Source: Macrostomum hystrix
Taxonomy: Eukaryota > Animalia > Platyhelminthes
Assembly: GCA_950097015.1 (NCBI GenBank)
Contig: CATNEN010000025.1
Location: 8,556,001 to 8,620,000 of the forward strand
Length of the DNA stretch: 64,000 nucleotides
Reading direction: 5' to 3'
Shown here: positions 14,340 through 27,100 of the stretch, piece by piece
How positions within the stretch are numbered: the first letter of the stretch is position 1
Layout: the number at the start of each line of letters is the position of its first letter
The notes under the pieces: generated by a model
Told to the model about the DNA's origin: nothing
The model's database searches: none
Seen by the model: the letters and a program-made list of their open reading frames with translations, nothing else
Translations under genes and position numbers: made by a program

Positions 14340-14613
14340 CAGAGGCAGATTTAGGGGGGGGGCGGGGGGGCAGTCGCCCCCCTAAATTTTAATCATGGGA
14401 ATAAGATGCCCCCACCAGGGGCGCCAGTCGCAGCACTGGCGCCCCTTTTTGGCCGCTGGCGCCCCTTTTTCAGCCGCTGGCTTCCGTTTTTCAGCCACTG
14501 GCGCCCTTTCTTGGCTCCTGGCACCCTTTTTTGGCCGCTGGCACCCCCTCTGTGATTCTCATGGCGCTCCCCTGACAGACCGCCCCAAAACAAAATTCCT
14601 GGATCTGCCACTG
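14340..14613. mobile_element. 274-bp hAT-type MITE nested in the Helitron 3' region
   Basis: TIRs CAGAGGCAGATTTAGG / revcomp end CAGTGGCAGATCCAGG; perfect 8-bp TSD ACTGTATA at 14332-14339 and 14614-14621; internal GCCGCTGGCGCCCCTTTTT repeats. Confidence 0.85.
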
Positions 14614-15629
14614 ACTGTATAGAGGAGTGCCTAAGAGACATGTTTCTAAGGAAGTAATCAAGAGGGGGCTGTTTGGACAAACTTTTCACTTATTTTTTAC
14701 TTAAAACGCCCTTAAACAAACTCTTCACTTTTCATTAATGCAGTAAATAAATAAATGGTGACCTTCACTATAAAGTTAATACAAAGACCTGAATTGCTTA
14801 CTGCTTTGCTTTAAATTTCTGCCACAAAAACAACGGGCAAAAAAAGCTAGTTAATTTAATATATAATATGTCAAATATTCAATGAGGTATTTATATACAT
14901 TTTTTGATACTGTATTTATAATATACAACTTTCAATGCTGTATTTATATTATATACAATATAAATTGCTGTGTAGCTCCTTGTCAAGAGCCGTATGATTG
15001 GCAATTAAAGCCACATAGATGCAGTACAGTATGCAGCAACTAACGGCATCGCCTTGAAATGGATAGGTGAATCTTTGCTCTACTGAGATTTCAATAGTTA
15101 AAAGTGTGTGTTGTGAAAATTTTCATGTGTTGTGTGAAAGTAACTGAGTGGCAGTGTCAATGGAATCAAGAAGTTTGAATAGATAGGTTTGATAGCTAAA
15201 AGTCTATGCTTATATTGAAGTTACGTAATTTTAATGTGTAAATCCACCGGTCTGCTGTCTGGTCCCTAGTCTGCTACAAGTGTACCAACTAACTGTATAG
15301 TGTTATAACAATCACTTTCCTTTTTACAATATGAATGCAAGCTCTGAAATGCTACAGAATTTGATTGGAGCTAGAAAACAGTTAAAAACAAATTAGGAAT
15401 GATTAGAATAATTAGAAGTAAATAGTAAAAAAGTAGATATTATATAGAGAAAGTTTATTTTCTAAAGACATCAAGTAATTAATATAACAAAATGACTCAA
15501 ATCACAAACTGGGTCTTAGAAATCATGTTTGTGAAAAAGGACATAAATTCATGAAATTATGACCACATCCAACCTCTGGGGCTTATTTACAAAAAAAATT
15601 ATTGTGTGGAGTTTGCCTATTTCGCAAAT

Positions 15630-15800
15630 GATAAAGTCAGGGCAGATGTACAAACCTGTGTGTGTGCCCACATACAGTATCTAAGTGCATGTGTGCTCTG
15701 GGGTCATCAGAATAGGCAGAATTGCCCTTTTGCTCGCTGTGGGACTACTGTCACCAAATGATGTGCCATTGCACACAGCCCTCCTGCAATTTTTATTATC
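15630..15800 (+). mobile_element. 5'-truncated SINE family A copy
   Basis: aaagtcagggcagatgtaca...ggcagaattgcc...gtcaccaaat...cacagccctcctgcaatttttattat aligns with reverse complement of ~2770-2945. Confidence 0.75.
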
Positions 15801-16527
15801 AAGTACATGCACTATAATTCACTATAATAATAGTGAATTACTATTATTAATAAACACATTCACTTCATAAACTTCAAGCAAAAAGTGTAAAGATATATCC
15901 TAGATTATTTGATAATTTAGGAGACTCTGTTTAACAAACAACTAAACAAACTTCAACTATGTATTTTTTCTCATTAAAGAAACCACCAATTATTAAAAGG
16001 CATGCACATTGTTATAATAATAATCAGTAAAATATGATGCCTAGAAAGTCTAATAAACAAACTATGAATCTATGTCTTAAACAATTTATAACCATTTTCA
16101 AAGCCATTAAACAAGTATAGACGAAAAACAAATTAGAATCTTTTTTCTATCTACACAATTTTTATGTTATTTTACAAAAAATCTAATTTCTTAGTCAAAG
16201 TCTTTGTATCTGCATTTTAGACTGTCTTTTTGTCTTCATGTTTTGTATCAATTTTTTAATGGTCTTTGTTAACAAAAGATGTGTTTTTAGTGTAGATTTT
16301 GTAAATAAAGCACTGATTCCATGTGATTTTGATATATAAAAAAATAAAACATAGCTCGTTGCACAGAGTGGACAATAGGTGAAGTGCTGAGGCCTGAGCT
16401 GTCAGACTTTAATAGCCAAAGAGCCTTGATACTGACTTTTAAGATTTATCTGTGACTGCCACGTGTGAGTTGGACTTTTACTTAGCTATTTATTTATTTA
16501 TAAGCTCTTTACATTCCAATAAGCTAG

Positions 16528-19500
16528 CAAATTATTTTTCTATCGCCTAAAAAAGGACTCAAAGTTGCCGATGCCAACAAAGCTGGACTTCGACTACAGC
16601 GACGCGGTGTCAATGGAGCTGGCGGCCAACTTCAGAAGAAGCCAGCCATCGCTAATAATCCTCTATCTAAGATAAGCGCCAAGAACAAAGAGAATGCCGC
16701 CGCCGTTGCCCCAATTGTCAAGCCGACAAAGTCTGTCGAATTGGCGCCGCCAATCAAAGCGCCAGAGCCGCCTGTTCTCACCAGTGTCGCTGGCGACTTT
16801 GTTGACAAATCGACCGCTTCGCTTATTAAGAAGTACTCAGAGGTTCGTAGCTTTCAGCTATTGAATCTGGTTTTATGCTTTTTAAGGCTGTGTACATCTG
16901 TTCAGTCCATGGACTGGGGGGACGCCACACCCACCCTAAAAAATTCCCCAGCGAATGCTGGTACAGCTGGGTGAACTTGAAAAGGACACAAAGTGTTCCA
17001 ATGGAGTCGGGAATCGAGCCCCGACTCTCAAGTCGTGAGTCCAACACGACTCTAACCACTAGGCTACAACCCCTAGGCGAGAGATATGATAGAGGAGAGA
17101 TACCCCATACTTATAAGGCAATAAGCTAAATGCTTATCTAAGACCGAATCTACAAACAGATCAAATCGATATTTAACAGGTTGGCGATATTGACAACCAA
17201 CTGGAGGACAACCGCGACTGCCTGCTAGTGTCGGCCTACGTGAAGGACATTTTCACCTACTTGCAACAGTTGGAAGTGTCCGCCGCGGCTGTCAGGGAGA
17301 ACTTCCTTCAGAGCCCAGTCCGGCTGGAGATTACGCCGCGGATGAGGACTATTCTTTTTGATTGGCTAGTTCAGGTGCGAACTCTTCCATAGTTTCTCAT
17401 TCTAATATTTGACTAGCCATCGATTCCATCACTGGTTTTTATCTAATCAGGTGCACCATCGCTTCACGCTGCTGCCCGAGAGTCTGTACCTGACTTATCA
17501 CATCATCGACGCATTCATGTCCTCTGAGGCCGGGCCAGCTGTTAAGAAGAACGAATTCCAGCTCATTGGCGTGGCGGCCATGCTCCTAGCTAGCAAGTAT
17601 GAGGAGATCTATCCGCCGAATGTTGCCGACTTTGTCTACATGACTGATCACGCATTCACTGGTAAGTATTCTGCACCGTTTCTGTGTAGAAAAGAAAGGA
17701 TCTGTGAGGGTAACAGCTGGAGCTCTGAGGATCTGTGAGGGTAACAGCTGGAGCACTGAGGATCTGTGAGGGTAACAGCTGGAGCACTGAGGATCTGTGA
17801 GGCTAACAGCTGGAGCTCTGAGGATCTGTGAGGGTAACAGCTGGAGCACTGAGGATCTGTCAGGCTAACAGCTGGAGCACTGAGGATCTGTGAGGGTAAC
17901 AGCTGGAGCACTGAGGATCTGTGAGGCTAACAGCTGGCTGCTGGAGCACTGAGGATCTGTGAGGCTAACAGCTGGAGCACTGAGGATCTGTCAGGCTAAC
18001 AGCTGGAGCACTGAGGATCTGTGAGGGTAACAGCTGGAGCACTGAGGATCTGTGAGGCTAACAGCTGGCTGCTGGAGCACTGAGGATCTGTGAGGCTAAC
18101 AGCTGGAGCACTGAGGATCTGTGAGGCTAACAGCTGGAGCACTGAGGATCTGTGAGGCTAACAGCTGGAGCACTGAGGATCTGTGAGGCTAACAGCTGGA
18201 GCACTGAGGATCTGTGAGGGTAACAGCTGGAGCACTGAGGATCTGTGAGGGTAACAGCTGGAGCACTGAGGATCTGTGAGGCTAACAGCTGGAGCACTGA
18301 GGATCTGTGAGGCTAACAGCTGGAGCACTGAGGATCTGTGAGGGTAACAGCTGGAGCACTGAGGATCTGTGAGGCTAACAGCTGGAGCACTGAGGATCTG
18401 TGAGGGTAACAGCTGGAGCACTGAGGATCTGTGAGGGTAACAGCTGGAGCTCTGAGGATCTGTGAGGGTAACAGCTGGAGCACTGAGGATCTGTGAGGGT
18501 AACAGCTGGAGCACTGAGGATCTGTGAGGGTAACAGCTGGAGCACTGAGGATCTGTGAGGGTAACAGCTGGAGCTCTGAGGATCTGTGAGGGTAACAGCT
18601 GGAGCACTGAGGATCTGTGAGGCTAACAGCTGGAGCACTGAGGATCTGTGAGGGTAACAGCTGGAGCACTGAGGATCTGTGAGGGTAACAGCTGGAGCAC
18701 TGAGGATCTGTGAGGGTAATAGCTGGAGCACTGAGGATCTGTGAGGCTAACAGCTGGAGCACTGAGGATCTGTGAGGCTAACAGCTGGAGCACTGAGGAT
18801 CTGTGAGGCTAACAGCTGGAGCACTGAGGATCTGTGAGGCTAACAGCTGGAGCACTGAGGATCTGTGAGGCTAACAGCTGGAGCACTGAGGATCTGTGAG
18901 GCTAACAGCTGGAGCACTGAGGATCTGTGAGGGTAACAGCTGGAGCACTGAGGATCTGTGAGGCTAACAGCTGGAGCACTGAGGATCTGTGAGGCTAACA
19001 GCTGGAGCACTGAGGATCTGTCAGGCTAACAGCTGGAGCACTGAGGATCTGTCAGGCTAACAGCTGGAGCACTGAGGATCTGTCAGGCTAACAGCTGGAG
19101 CACTGAGGATCTGTCAGGCTAACAGCTGGAGCACTGAGGATCTGTGAGGCTAACAGCTGGAGCACTGAGGATCTGTCAGGCTAACAGCTGGAGCACTGAG
19201 GATCTGTAGATAAACATAAATTTATCTACATTTTTCGATCTTTATTTTTGTTTTTTCTTTCCTACTCACAGTAGTACATTTTCCGTAGTATATTGGCGGT
19301 GCTTCGGCGGCGAAAGTTTCGTTTTGATTCAGATAAAGTTGTGTAACTTTGACGACTACTTGTGGAATATAGATAAAGCTATACATAGTCCAGGGGCAAA
19401 ATATGAGTGGATTTAATGTAGCGAAAAAAATATATATTTGCAATCGGGGAACTTTCGCCTTTCATTTTAGTAGGAAAAAACAAGCAAAAAGAATTCTAGC

Positions 19501-22024
19501 AGAGCGTGGTTTCGATCCACGGACCTCTGGGTTATGGGCCCAGCACGCTTCCACTGCGCCACTCTGCTCTTGACTGTACTCACCGTGTGATTGTAACATT
19601 TGTGCTTGAAAAATAAGTCTTTAAAGTATGATGAAATATCATCCAGCTGAGCAAATATTTCCACTTCGCTTGCTTTAGTCTACTGTTAGTAGGCAAGGTT
19701 AACATTTTGCTAGATTTATTTATTCCGGGGTGAAAAAAGCTTTTTCGGATTTTCCCATTAGCGGCAAAGGTGTTTGCCCACCTTTTCACTTACTTGGCGA
19801 CAAGTAGCACACGTTAGCTTTGAGGCTGGGAGCCCAGGGCTGCTGTCTGAAAAACATGGTTATAATATTGAAAGCTATGAGACCGATAGCCAAAGCTTGA
19901 GAGCTTCTACCCAATGGTTAGAATTTAGAGTTACCGACGTCTGACCAAGTTGAGTTCTTGAGCAAGATACTTATTTTACGAAGTGCTTTAGTTCACCTAG
20001 CTGTAAAAATCAGTACCGGCATCAGTTGGGGGCCTCCACAGTCTGTGGAATGAACAGCTGTACACAGCCTTTAGAAGTACCGTGCAATAGGGTTGGCTAA
20101 CAATGAGCCCAATCAGTTCATGGGCACTCACTCACTTGATCCTGAACATCAGTTCATTACCTCCTAAGGTTATTCCTGCTACTCACATTGACAGTTAGAA
20201 TTTATTGAGTAAAAATATTTTCTAGCAGAGCGTGGTTTCGATCCACGGACCTCTGGGTTATGGGCCCAGCACGCTTCCACTGCGCCACTCTGCTCTTGAC
20301 TGTACTCGGCGTGTGATTGTAACATTTGTGCTTGACAAATACGTCATTGAAGTATGATGAAATATCAGCCAGCTGAGCGAATTTTTCTACTTTGCTTGCT
20401 TTGGTCTACTCTTAGTAGGCAATATTTGCGTTTTGCTACAATTTTTAGAAAACGGTAATCAAATTTTATGGATTGAATTAAAAATCCAAAAACTGGATTC
20501 ACAGATCTATGGATCTACGACATTACTGCTGCTATTGGACTGCCATCATTTTAACTAGATACAACTTTTTTGTTATGGTAGAGAAACAGTTCAGCTAGCA
20601 TACTGAATTCTACTGATAGCATTGCGGTATAGCTTATACAGTATTGCGGCAGTCAAATGTCATGCTCCCCAGATCTACAAGTGTACTTTCCTTCCCACCT
20701 TCCCGCCCGCAGCCGCCGAGGTCCGGGCAACTGAGCAGCGCCTATTGAGCCAGTTGGACTTCTTTCTTGGCTACCCGTTGCCAATCCAGTTTCTGCGGCG
20801 CTACAGCAACGTGGCCTGCGCTACACCGGCTGTGCACGAGGCCGCCAAGTACCTTGCCGAACTGGGCCGGGCTGACTACTCAATGGCTCACCTGCCACCC
20901 TCCGGCCTGGCCGCTGCCGCCTTCTGCCTAGCCCGAGAGCTTCTGCCCGGCCGCAACAATGGCTCCGGTGGCAGCGGCAACACTGGCTGGACTGACGCTC
21001 TGGAAGTGTTCTCCGGTTACAGTAGGAAACAGCTGGAACCGGCCGTCAGACTCATTGCCTGTGCGGCTGTTCGCGCCGGCGAGAGCGCCAAGTGAGCCAA
21101 CTTAGGGATTTATTCGGATTATTATTTCAGATCCTAATGTCTTGTCTGGCACTCTTTCTGTTAGTCCCATGTACTTTCAAGTTGTCTCACGCCCATTCCA
21201 TCAGTCTGACTCCCATCCCAGTAGTCTGACACCCATCCATCAGTCTGACTCCCATCCCAGCAGTCTGACACCCATCCATCAGTCTGACTCCCATCCCAGC
21301 AGTCTGACACCCATCCATCAGTCTGACTCCCATCCCAGCAGTCTGACACCCATCCATCAGTCTGACTCCCATCCCAGCAGTCTGACACCCATCCATCAGT
21401 CTGACTCCCATCCCAGCAGTCTGACACCCATCCATCAGTCTGACTCCCATCCCAGCAGTCTGACATCCATCCCATCAGTCTGACACCCATCCATCAGTCT
21501 GACTCCCATCCCAGCAGTCTGACATCCATCCCAGCAGTCTGACACCCATCCATCAGTCTGACTCCCATCCCAGCAGTCTGACACCCATCCATCAGTCTGA
21601 CTCCCATCCCAGCAGTCTGACACCAATCCATCAGTCTGACTCCCATCCCAGCAGTCTGACACCAATCCATCAGTCTGACTCCCATCCCAGCAGTCTGACA
21701 CCCATCCCAGCAGTCTGACACCCATCCCAACAGTCTGACACCCATCCCAACAGTCTGACACCCATCCCAACAGTCTGACACCCATCCCAGCAGTCTGACA
21801 CCCATCCCAACACTCTGACACCCTGATCCTGAAGATTCGCACGCCCCAATCAACCTGCCAGGTACACGGCCATTCGGAAGAAGTACTCGGGCAGTGCGGC
21901 CAGCATGATCAGCACCTGGCCAGAGCTGGACGGCACCAGCGAGGCTCTGCGATTGGCTGCGGGCCTGCTAGAGCCTCACGCTGCTTCCGCCGCCGCCGCT
22001 GCTGCTGCTGAGGACACTAACTGA
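16528..22024 (+). CDS. CCNB: Mitotic cyclin B (5' end incomplete)
   Basis: Exons ~16528/16556-16842, 17180-17374, 17451-17661, 20713-21091, 21862-22024, phases 0,0,1,2 consistent. Cyclin box MRTILFDWLVQVH..F.LLPESLYLT..IID, FQLIGVAAMLLASKYEEIYPP, DHAFT, PLPIQFLRRYS, AKYLAEL, C-terminal YTAIRKKYS. No in-frame ATG in the first visible exon. Confidence 0.9.
16886..17073 (-). mobile_element. tRNA-headed SINE family B copy (cyclin B intron)
   Basis: Minus strand GGGGTTGTAGCCTAGTGG...GGCTCGATTCC head; tail with CAGTCCATGGACTG palindrome and GAACAG.TGTACACAGCC shared with other copies. Confidence 0.8.
17697..19206. repeat. 31-bp minisatellite (~48 units) in cyclin B intron
   Basis: Unit GGATCTGTGAGG(G/C)TAACAGCTGGAGCACTGA. 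Confidence 0.97.
19497..19568 (-). tRNA. tRNA-iMet: Initiator tRNA-Met (CAT), copy 1
   Basis: AGCAGAGTGGCGCAGTGGAAGCGTGCTGGGCCCATAACCCAGAGGTCCGTGGATCGAAACCACGCTCTGCTA: 72 nt, A1:U72, GGG/CCC anticodon stem, GATCGAAA T-loop diagnostic of eukaryotic initiator; T-run terminator downstream. Confidence 0.97.
19900..20069 (+). mobile_element. Degenerate SINE family B-related copy
   Basis: GTTCTTGAGCAAGATACTTA...CAGTTCACCTAGCTGTAAAAATCAGTACC core and GAACAGCTGTACACAGCC tail resemble other family B copies. Confidence 0.55.
20223..20294 (-). tRNA. tRNA-iMet: Initiator tRNA-Met (CAT), copy 2
   Basis: Identical 72-nt sequence to copy 1; ~130 nt of upstream flank also homologous. Confidence 0.97.
21192..21830. 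repeat. 39-bp (19+20) minisatellite in last cyclin B intron
   Basis: Unit CCCATCCATCAGTCTGACTCCCATCCCAGCAGTCTGACA, decaying to the 20-bp subunit at the right. Confidence 0.95.
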
Positions 22025-22914
22025 AGCCAGAATCATCCATTATCCCAATTCTGGTTTTGCTATACATTTCTACTAATTGACCCTCCATTTGTATATCTAT
22101 TTTTTAGTTGTTTTTCCTCGAATAATATTTATTTATCCGCGAGTCTAAGAAATGGCTTTCAGTGTCTGGTTTGGTATATTTTAATTAAACAACTATTTAT
22201 TTTCTTGCTTTCTCATTCTTGAACAATGCTGCTGTATTTATCTGATTTATAGTCAATATTTTAATGGCTTGTAATATTGTCGGTAATGCCCTGTAATAGA
22301 CATAATACTTCCGCCCGAATTACAATCTAAGCTTATTTTTATAGCATTTTTAATCTTTCAGTGTCTGCGCACACTCATTTTTTTATTTCTAATTCGCATT
22401 TGCTCAATGACTATCTGCCAATCTGTGTACATTGTCTCAGCAATCACTTATGCAACTAACAATATACATATTTGCTATCATTTTTTATTTATTATTTTTG
22501 TTGTCCTGCAAACGATTTGCTATTATAGCTGCAAAACTAGCTGCTAGGTAAGTAGGTGGCTTTGAGCAGTTTCTGAGTAGTTTCGCAACGGTGATTCTGA
22601 TCAGCTGAGTATGGGATCGCAATACGACCCGCAGCCTGTGAGATGCTTTTTGTTTGTAAAAAACTACCAGTTTACGCATCGACAATGCAATGCTCAAATA
22701 TACTCTTATAAATTATACATTAATTTTCCATTTTTATGATTTGGGCATTCTCGCATGGCCCGCACATTCGTCGACGAATGAAAGCGACCCGCTCTAAGGC
22801 AAGTAAAACATTGACTGAGTTGGCTCGATTCGTCCAATAAGTTTGCTGGCTGTGTTCGCTGTGTTGCTTTATTCATTTCTTGAGCTTTCTGATAGATGTC
22901 AGTTACTCTAGTTA

Positions 22915-23995
22915 CATTTCTGTCACTCCACTTCCTGCTGTCAGTCAACCTCTGCTGTCACTCCAGATCATCTGCTGTCACTCCACCTCCTCTGCTGTCA
23001 CTCCCCATCCTCTGCTGTCACTCCACCTCCTCTGCTGTCACTCCACCTCCTCTGCTGTCACTCCACCTCCTGCTGTCGCTCCACCTCCTGCTGTCACTCC
23101 ACCTCCTCTGCTGTCACTCCACCTCCTGCTGTCACTCCACCTCCTCTGCTGTCACTCCACCTCCTGCTGTCACTCCACGTCCTCTGCTGTCACTCCACCT
23201 CCTGCTGTCGCTCCACCTCCTCTGCTGTCACTCCACCTCCTGCTGTCACTCCACCTCCTCTGCTGTCACTCCACCTCCTCTGCTGTCACTCCACCTCCTC
23301 TGCTGTCACTCCACCTCCTGCTGTCACTCCACCTCCTCTGCTGTCACTCCACCTCCTGCTGTCACTCCACGTCCTCTGCTGTCACTCCACCTCCTGCTGT
23401 CGCTCCACCTCCTCTGCTGTCACTCCACCTCCTGCTGTCACTCCACCTCCTCTGCTGTCACTCCACCTCCTGCTGTCACTCCACCTCCTCTGCTGTCACT
23501 CCACCTCCTGCTGTCACTCCACGTCCTCTGCTGTCACTCCACCTCCTGCTGTCACTCCACCTCCTCTGCTGTCACTCCACCTCCTGCTGTCACTCCACCT
23601 CCTCTGCTGTCACTCCACCTCCTCTGCTGTCACTCCACCTCCTCTGCTGTCAATCCACCTCCTCTGCTGTCACTCCACCACCTCTGCTGTCACTCCACGT
23701 CCTCTGCTGTCACTCCAGATCATCTGCTGTCACTCCAACTCCTCTCCTGTCACTCCACATCCTCTGCTGTCACTCCACCTCCTCTGCTGTCACTCCACCT
23801 CCTCTGCTGTCACTCCAACTCCTCTTCTGTCACTCCACCTCCTCTGCTGTCACTCCACCTCCTCTGCTGTCACTCCACATCCTCTGCTGTCACTCCACCT
23901 CCTCTGCTGTCACTCCACCTCCTCTGCTGTCACTCCACATCCTCTGATGTCACTCCAGATCATCTGCTGTCACTCCAACTCCTCTCCTGTCACTG
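22915..23995. repeat. 17/20-bp pyrimidine-rich minisatellite, intergenic
   Basis: Units CTGCTGTCACTCCACCTCCT and CTGTCACTCCACCTCCTG. Confidence 0.95.
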
Positions 23996-24135
23996 AACCT
24001 CCTTTCTTGTCACATCTTTTTTCTGAAGTAGAAAGAACAATTTTAAGCTAATAAAGCAATAATTGTAGCAAAAAACTTCAGATGCAACACAGGACGCTGT
24101 TTGAAGAGCTCCAGTATTAATACAGTAGCAAGGCG

Positions 24136-27100
24136 ATGTCAGACAAAGCCGCGTCAATAGCTTTGAGCAGTCGCTTGCATTCGGCCGCTTTGACATTGTC
24201 CGCCAAGAGTCTGGCGATAGTGTACCGACCCGAATACAATATCAACTTTGGCGGCCTAGAGAAAGTTCACCCGTTCGATACAGGCAAGTGGGGCCGGATT
24301 GCCGGCTTCCTAGTAGAGGCCGGCCTGGTGTCTATGGCAGACTTTGTGCAGCCAGCTGAGGCCGAGATCGAGGATCTGCTGCGGGTGCACACGAGAAACT
24401 ACCTGGACTCACTGACCGTGAGCAGCTGAGCCCCTGGACTGAGAGGGCCACCCAAATATATTGCCAGAGTGGGGGAGGTTGTCAGAGTGAGATGGAGGTT
24501 GCCAGAGTGAGAGGGAGGTTGCCAGAGGGTGGTTGGCAGAGTGAGGGGAGGTTGGCAGAGTGAGATGGAGGTTGCCAGAGTGAGAGAGAGGTTGCCAGAG
24601 GGTGGTTGGCAGAGGGAGGTTGGCAGAGTGAGATGGAGGTTGCCAGAGTGAGAGGGAGGTTGCCAGAGGGTGGTTGGCAGAGGGAGGTTGGCAGAGTGAG
24701 GGAAGGTTGGCAGAGTGAGAGGGAGGTTAGCAGAGTGAGAGGGAGGTTGGCAGAGTGAGAGGGAGGTTGGCAGAGTGAGAGGGAGGTTAGCAGAGTGAGA
24801 TGGAGGTTGGCAGAGTGAGGGGAGTTTGGCAGAGTGAGGGAGGCTGGCAAAGTGAGGGAGGCTGGCAGAGTGAGGGATGTTGGCAGAGTGAGGGGAGGTT
24901 GGCAGAGTGAGGGGAGGTTGGCAGAGTGAGGGGAGGTTGGCAGAGTGAGATGGAGGTTAGCAGAGTGAGATGGAGGTTGGCAGAGTGAGAGGGAGGTTGC
25001 CAGAGTGAGGGGAGTTCGGCAGAGTGAGGGAGGCTGGCAGAGTGAGGGATGTTGGCAGAGTGAGGGGAGGTTGGCAGAGTGAGAGGGAGGCTGCCAGAGT
25101 GAGGGTAGTTTGGTAGAGTGAGGGAGGTTGGCATAGTGAGGGAGGCTGGCAGAGTGAGGGAGGCTGGCAGAGTGAGGGGAGTTTGGCAGAGTGAGGGAGG
25201 CTGGCAGAGTGATGGAGGTTGGTAGAGTGAGGGAGGTTGGCAGAGTGAGGTAGGCTGGCAGAGTGAGGGTGGTTGGCAGAGTGAGGGAGGCTGGCAGAGT
25301 GAGGGAGGTTGGCAGAGTGAGGGAGGTTGGCAGAGTGAGGGAGGCTGGCAGAGTGAGGGAGGTTGGCAGAGTGAGGGAGGTTGGCAGAGTGAGCGAGGTT
25401 GGCAGAGTGAGGGAGGCTGGCAGAGTGAGGGAGGTTGGCAGAGTGAGGGAGGTTGGCAGAGTGAGGGAGGCTGGCAGAGTGAGGGAGGTTGGCAGAGTGA
25501 GGGAGGCTGGCAGAGTGAGGTTCAGTTATGTTTGGTCGAAGCAGATTATTCGTAGCGGAAGATGTCCAGCAACTAAAACATTCGCTGCACAATCTGGATG
25601 AAGGGATTTAGAAGCCGGATTCTGAAAATGATCTTAGGATTCAAGGATGCGCTCCGAGGAAATCTCTAGAAAGACTTGATTCTCAAAATATAATGCTTCG
25701 TCAGAACAGCGCAGTTGTTGCCAGGGTGGCCGAAGTGCCTATGGTCGCCTCTCTGCCGAATTCTCTGATCCAAGAAAAGCTTTTGAAGCCGTTCCGATTC
25801 CAGACCGGTGGCACTGTGCTGGTGAGTCCGATTGAAAAACTGGGGAATCTTGAGCACACTGTAGTTTGAGTCCATTGCCCGAGCGGTCACCAACAGATAG
25901 ATTTTGTGACAGCCTCTAATGTCTGTGGCCCAAATAAACGGGGTAACTATAGATTTTATTGCATTGTAGGATAGGATAACTTTAATAAGACAGCTATAAT
26001 AAGATAGATAGCAATAATAAGAATAAAGCAAGCACTGACTGTTTCCTGTCTTCGCTAGTCTTCGTCTCCTGCAGGCTGCCCCGAACATTTTTGGTTTCCA
26101 TAGGAACGAGCTTAAAAGCTCGGCGACCGTTGGTTGAAATTATCTCAAAGGATTCCATGGAAAGCTTACGAAGCCATTCGCGTCCTCGTAGTCCGAAGTG
26201 AAGCGCGATGAGAAAGTAGACTTCGTGCTGTAGTTTTGTGGGAGTGGTAGCTCGTACGATCGAAGTTGTATCGTAGTTTTTCTAGATCGCACGTTTCAAT
26301 CGACAAACTGACGTACGGCGCCTTCACAAAAAGGCTTGCAGTGACTCGGAGCTGTTTGCCTTTGTGAATCGCTCATCAGCGATTATGTTGATCCCATTTG
26401 CAGTGACTCGGAGCTGTTTGCCTTTGTGAATCGCTCATCAGCGATTATGTTGATCCCACGATTGCGCAGAAGGTAGCGAAAAAGGCCGGCTCTGGCCGTG
26501 ATGAGCGTAGCAGGTGCATACAACGAGCCGTCCAGCTTCCGAATGAACGCATAGAAAATGCGTAAGGCCACAGCCAACTGTTCTACCTCGGCAGTAGCCA
26601 AAACACAGGCAACACCCTTCGCTTGCAAGACTTCACCAAACTTACGGACAGCCCAGTCCTCCTGCCTCATAGCTGATTTCGGCAAATTCTCCATTTCAAG
26701 TTGGTTCAGCTGTTCAGTCATTGCCCCAATCGTCGGATCATCTTCTTGAAAAAAATCGTGAATAGCCGCAAGAGCCGCCTGATCATATCGTCCACATCGA
26801 GTATCATGGCGTCCATATCCTTTTCACGATCCATGCGATCCTTTATTTCGTATAAAGTAGAACCAGTCACATCACCTTGCGACATGTGAATCAACCCTAA
26901 TGGGTACGGACAAGACATGCCTCTGCCAAAGGTTTTATACGATTATCACAGCTTAATCTATTCTCAGTGTGCCAGTTTTCTGTCACTTTCTTCCAACTAA
27001 TCTGGACAAGAAAACTTCGCCCATAGAAAACTTCGCCCATCGTTCGTTCTGATTGGTGACCACTAACGTGATTATTTTTAGAAGCACGCTTTCGGACATA

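Larger units (their letters stand above)
12592..14850 (+). mobile_element. Internally deleted Helitron
   Basis: Inserted between A (12591) and T (14851); 5' end TCTATATATATAAAA followed by (TG)n and AAACCGCTCAACCAAATCGCACCAAACTTTGCAC; 3' end CGGGCAAAAAAAGCTAG; carries C-terminal PIF1-type helicase coding sequence. Confidence 0.85.
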
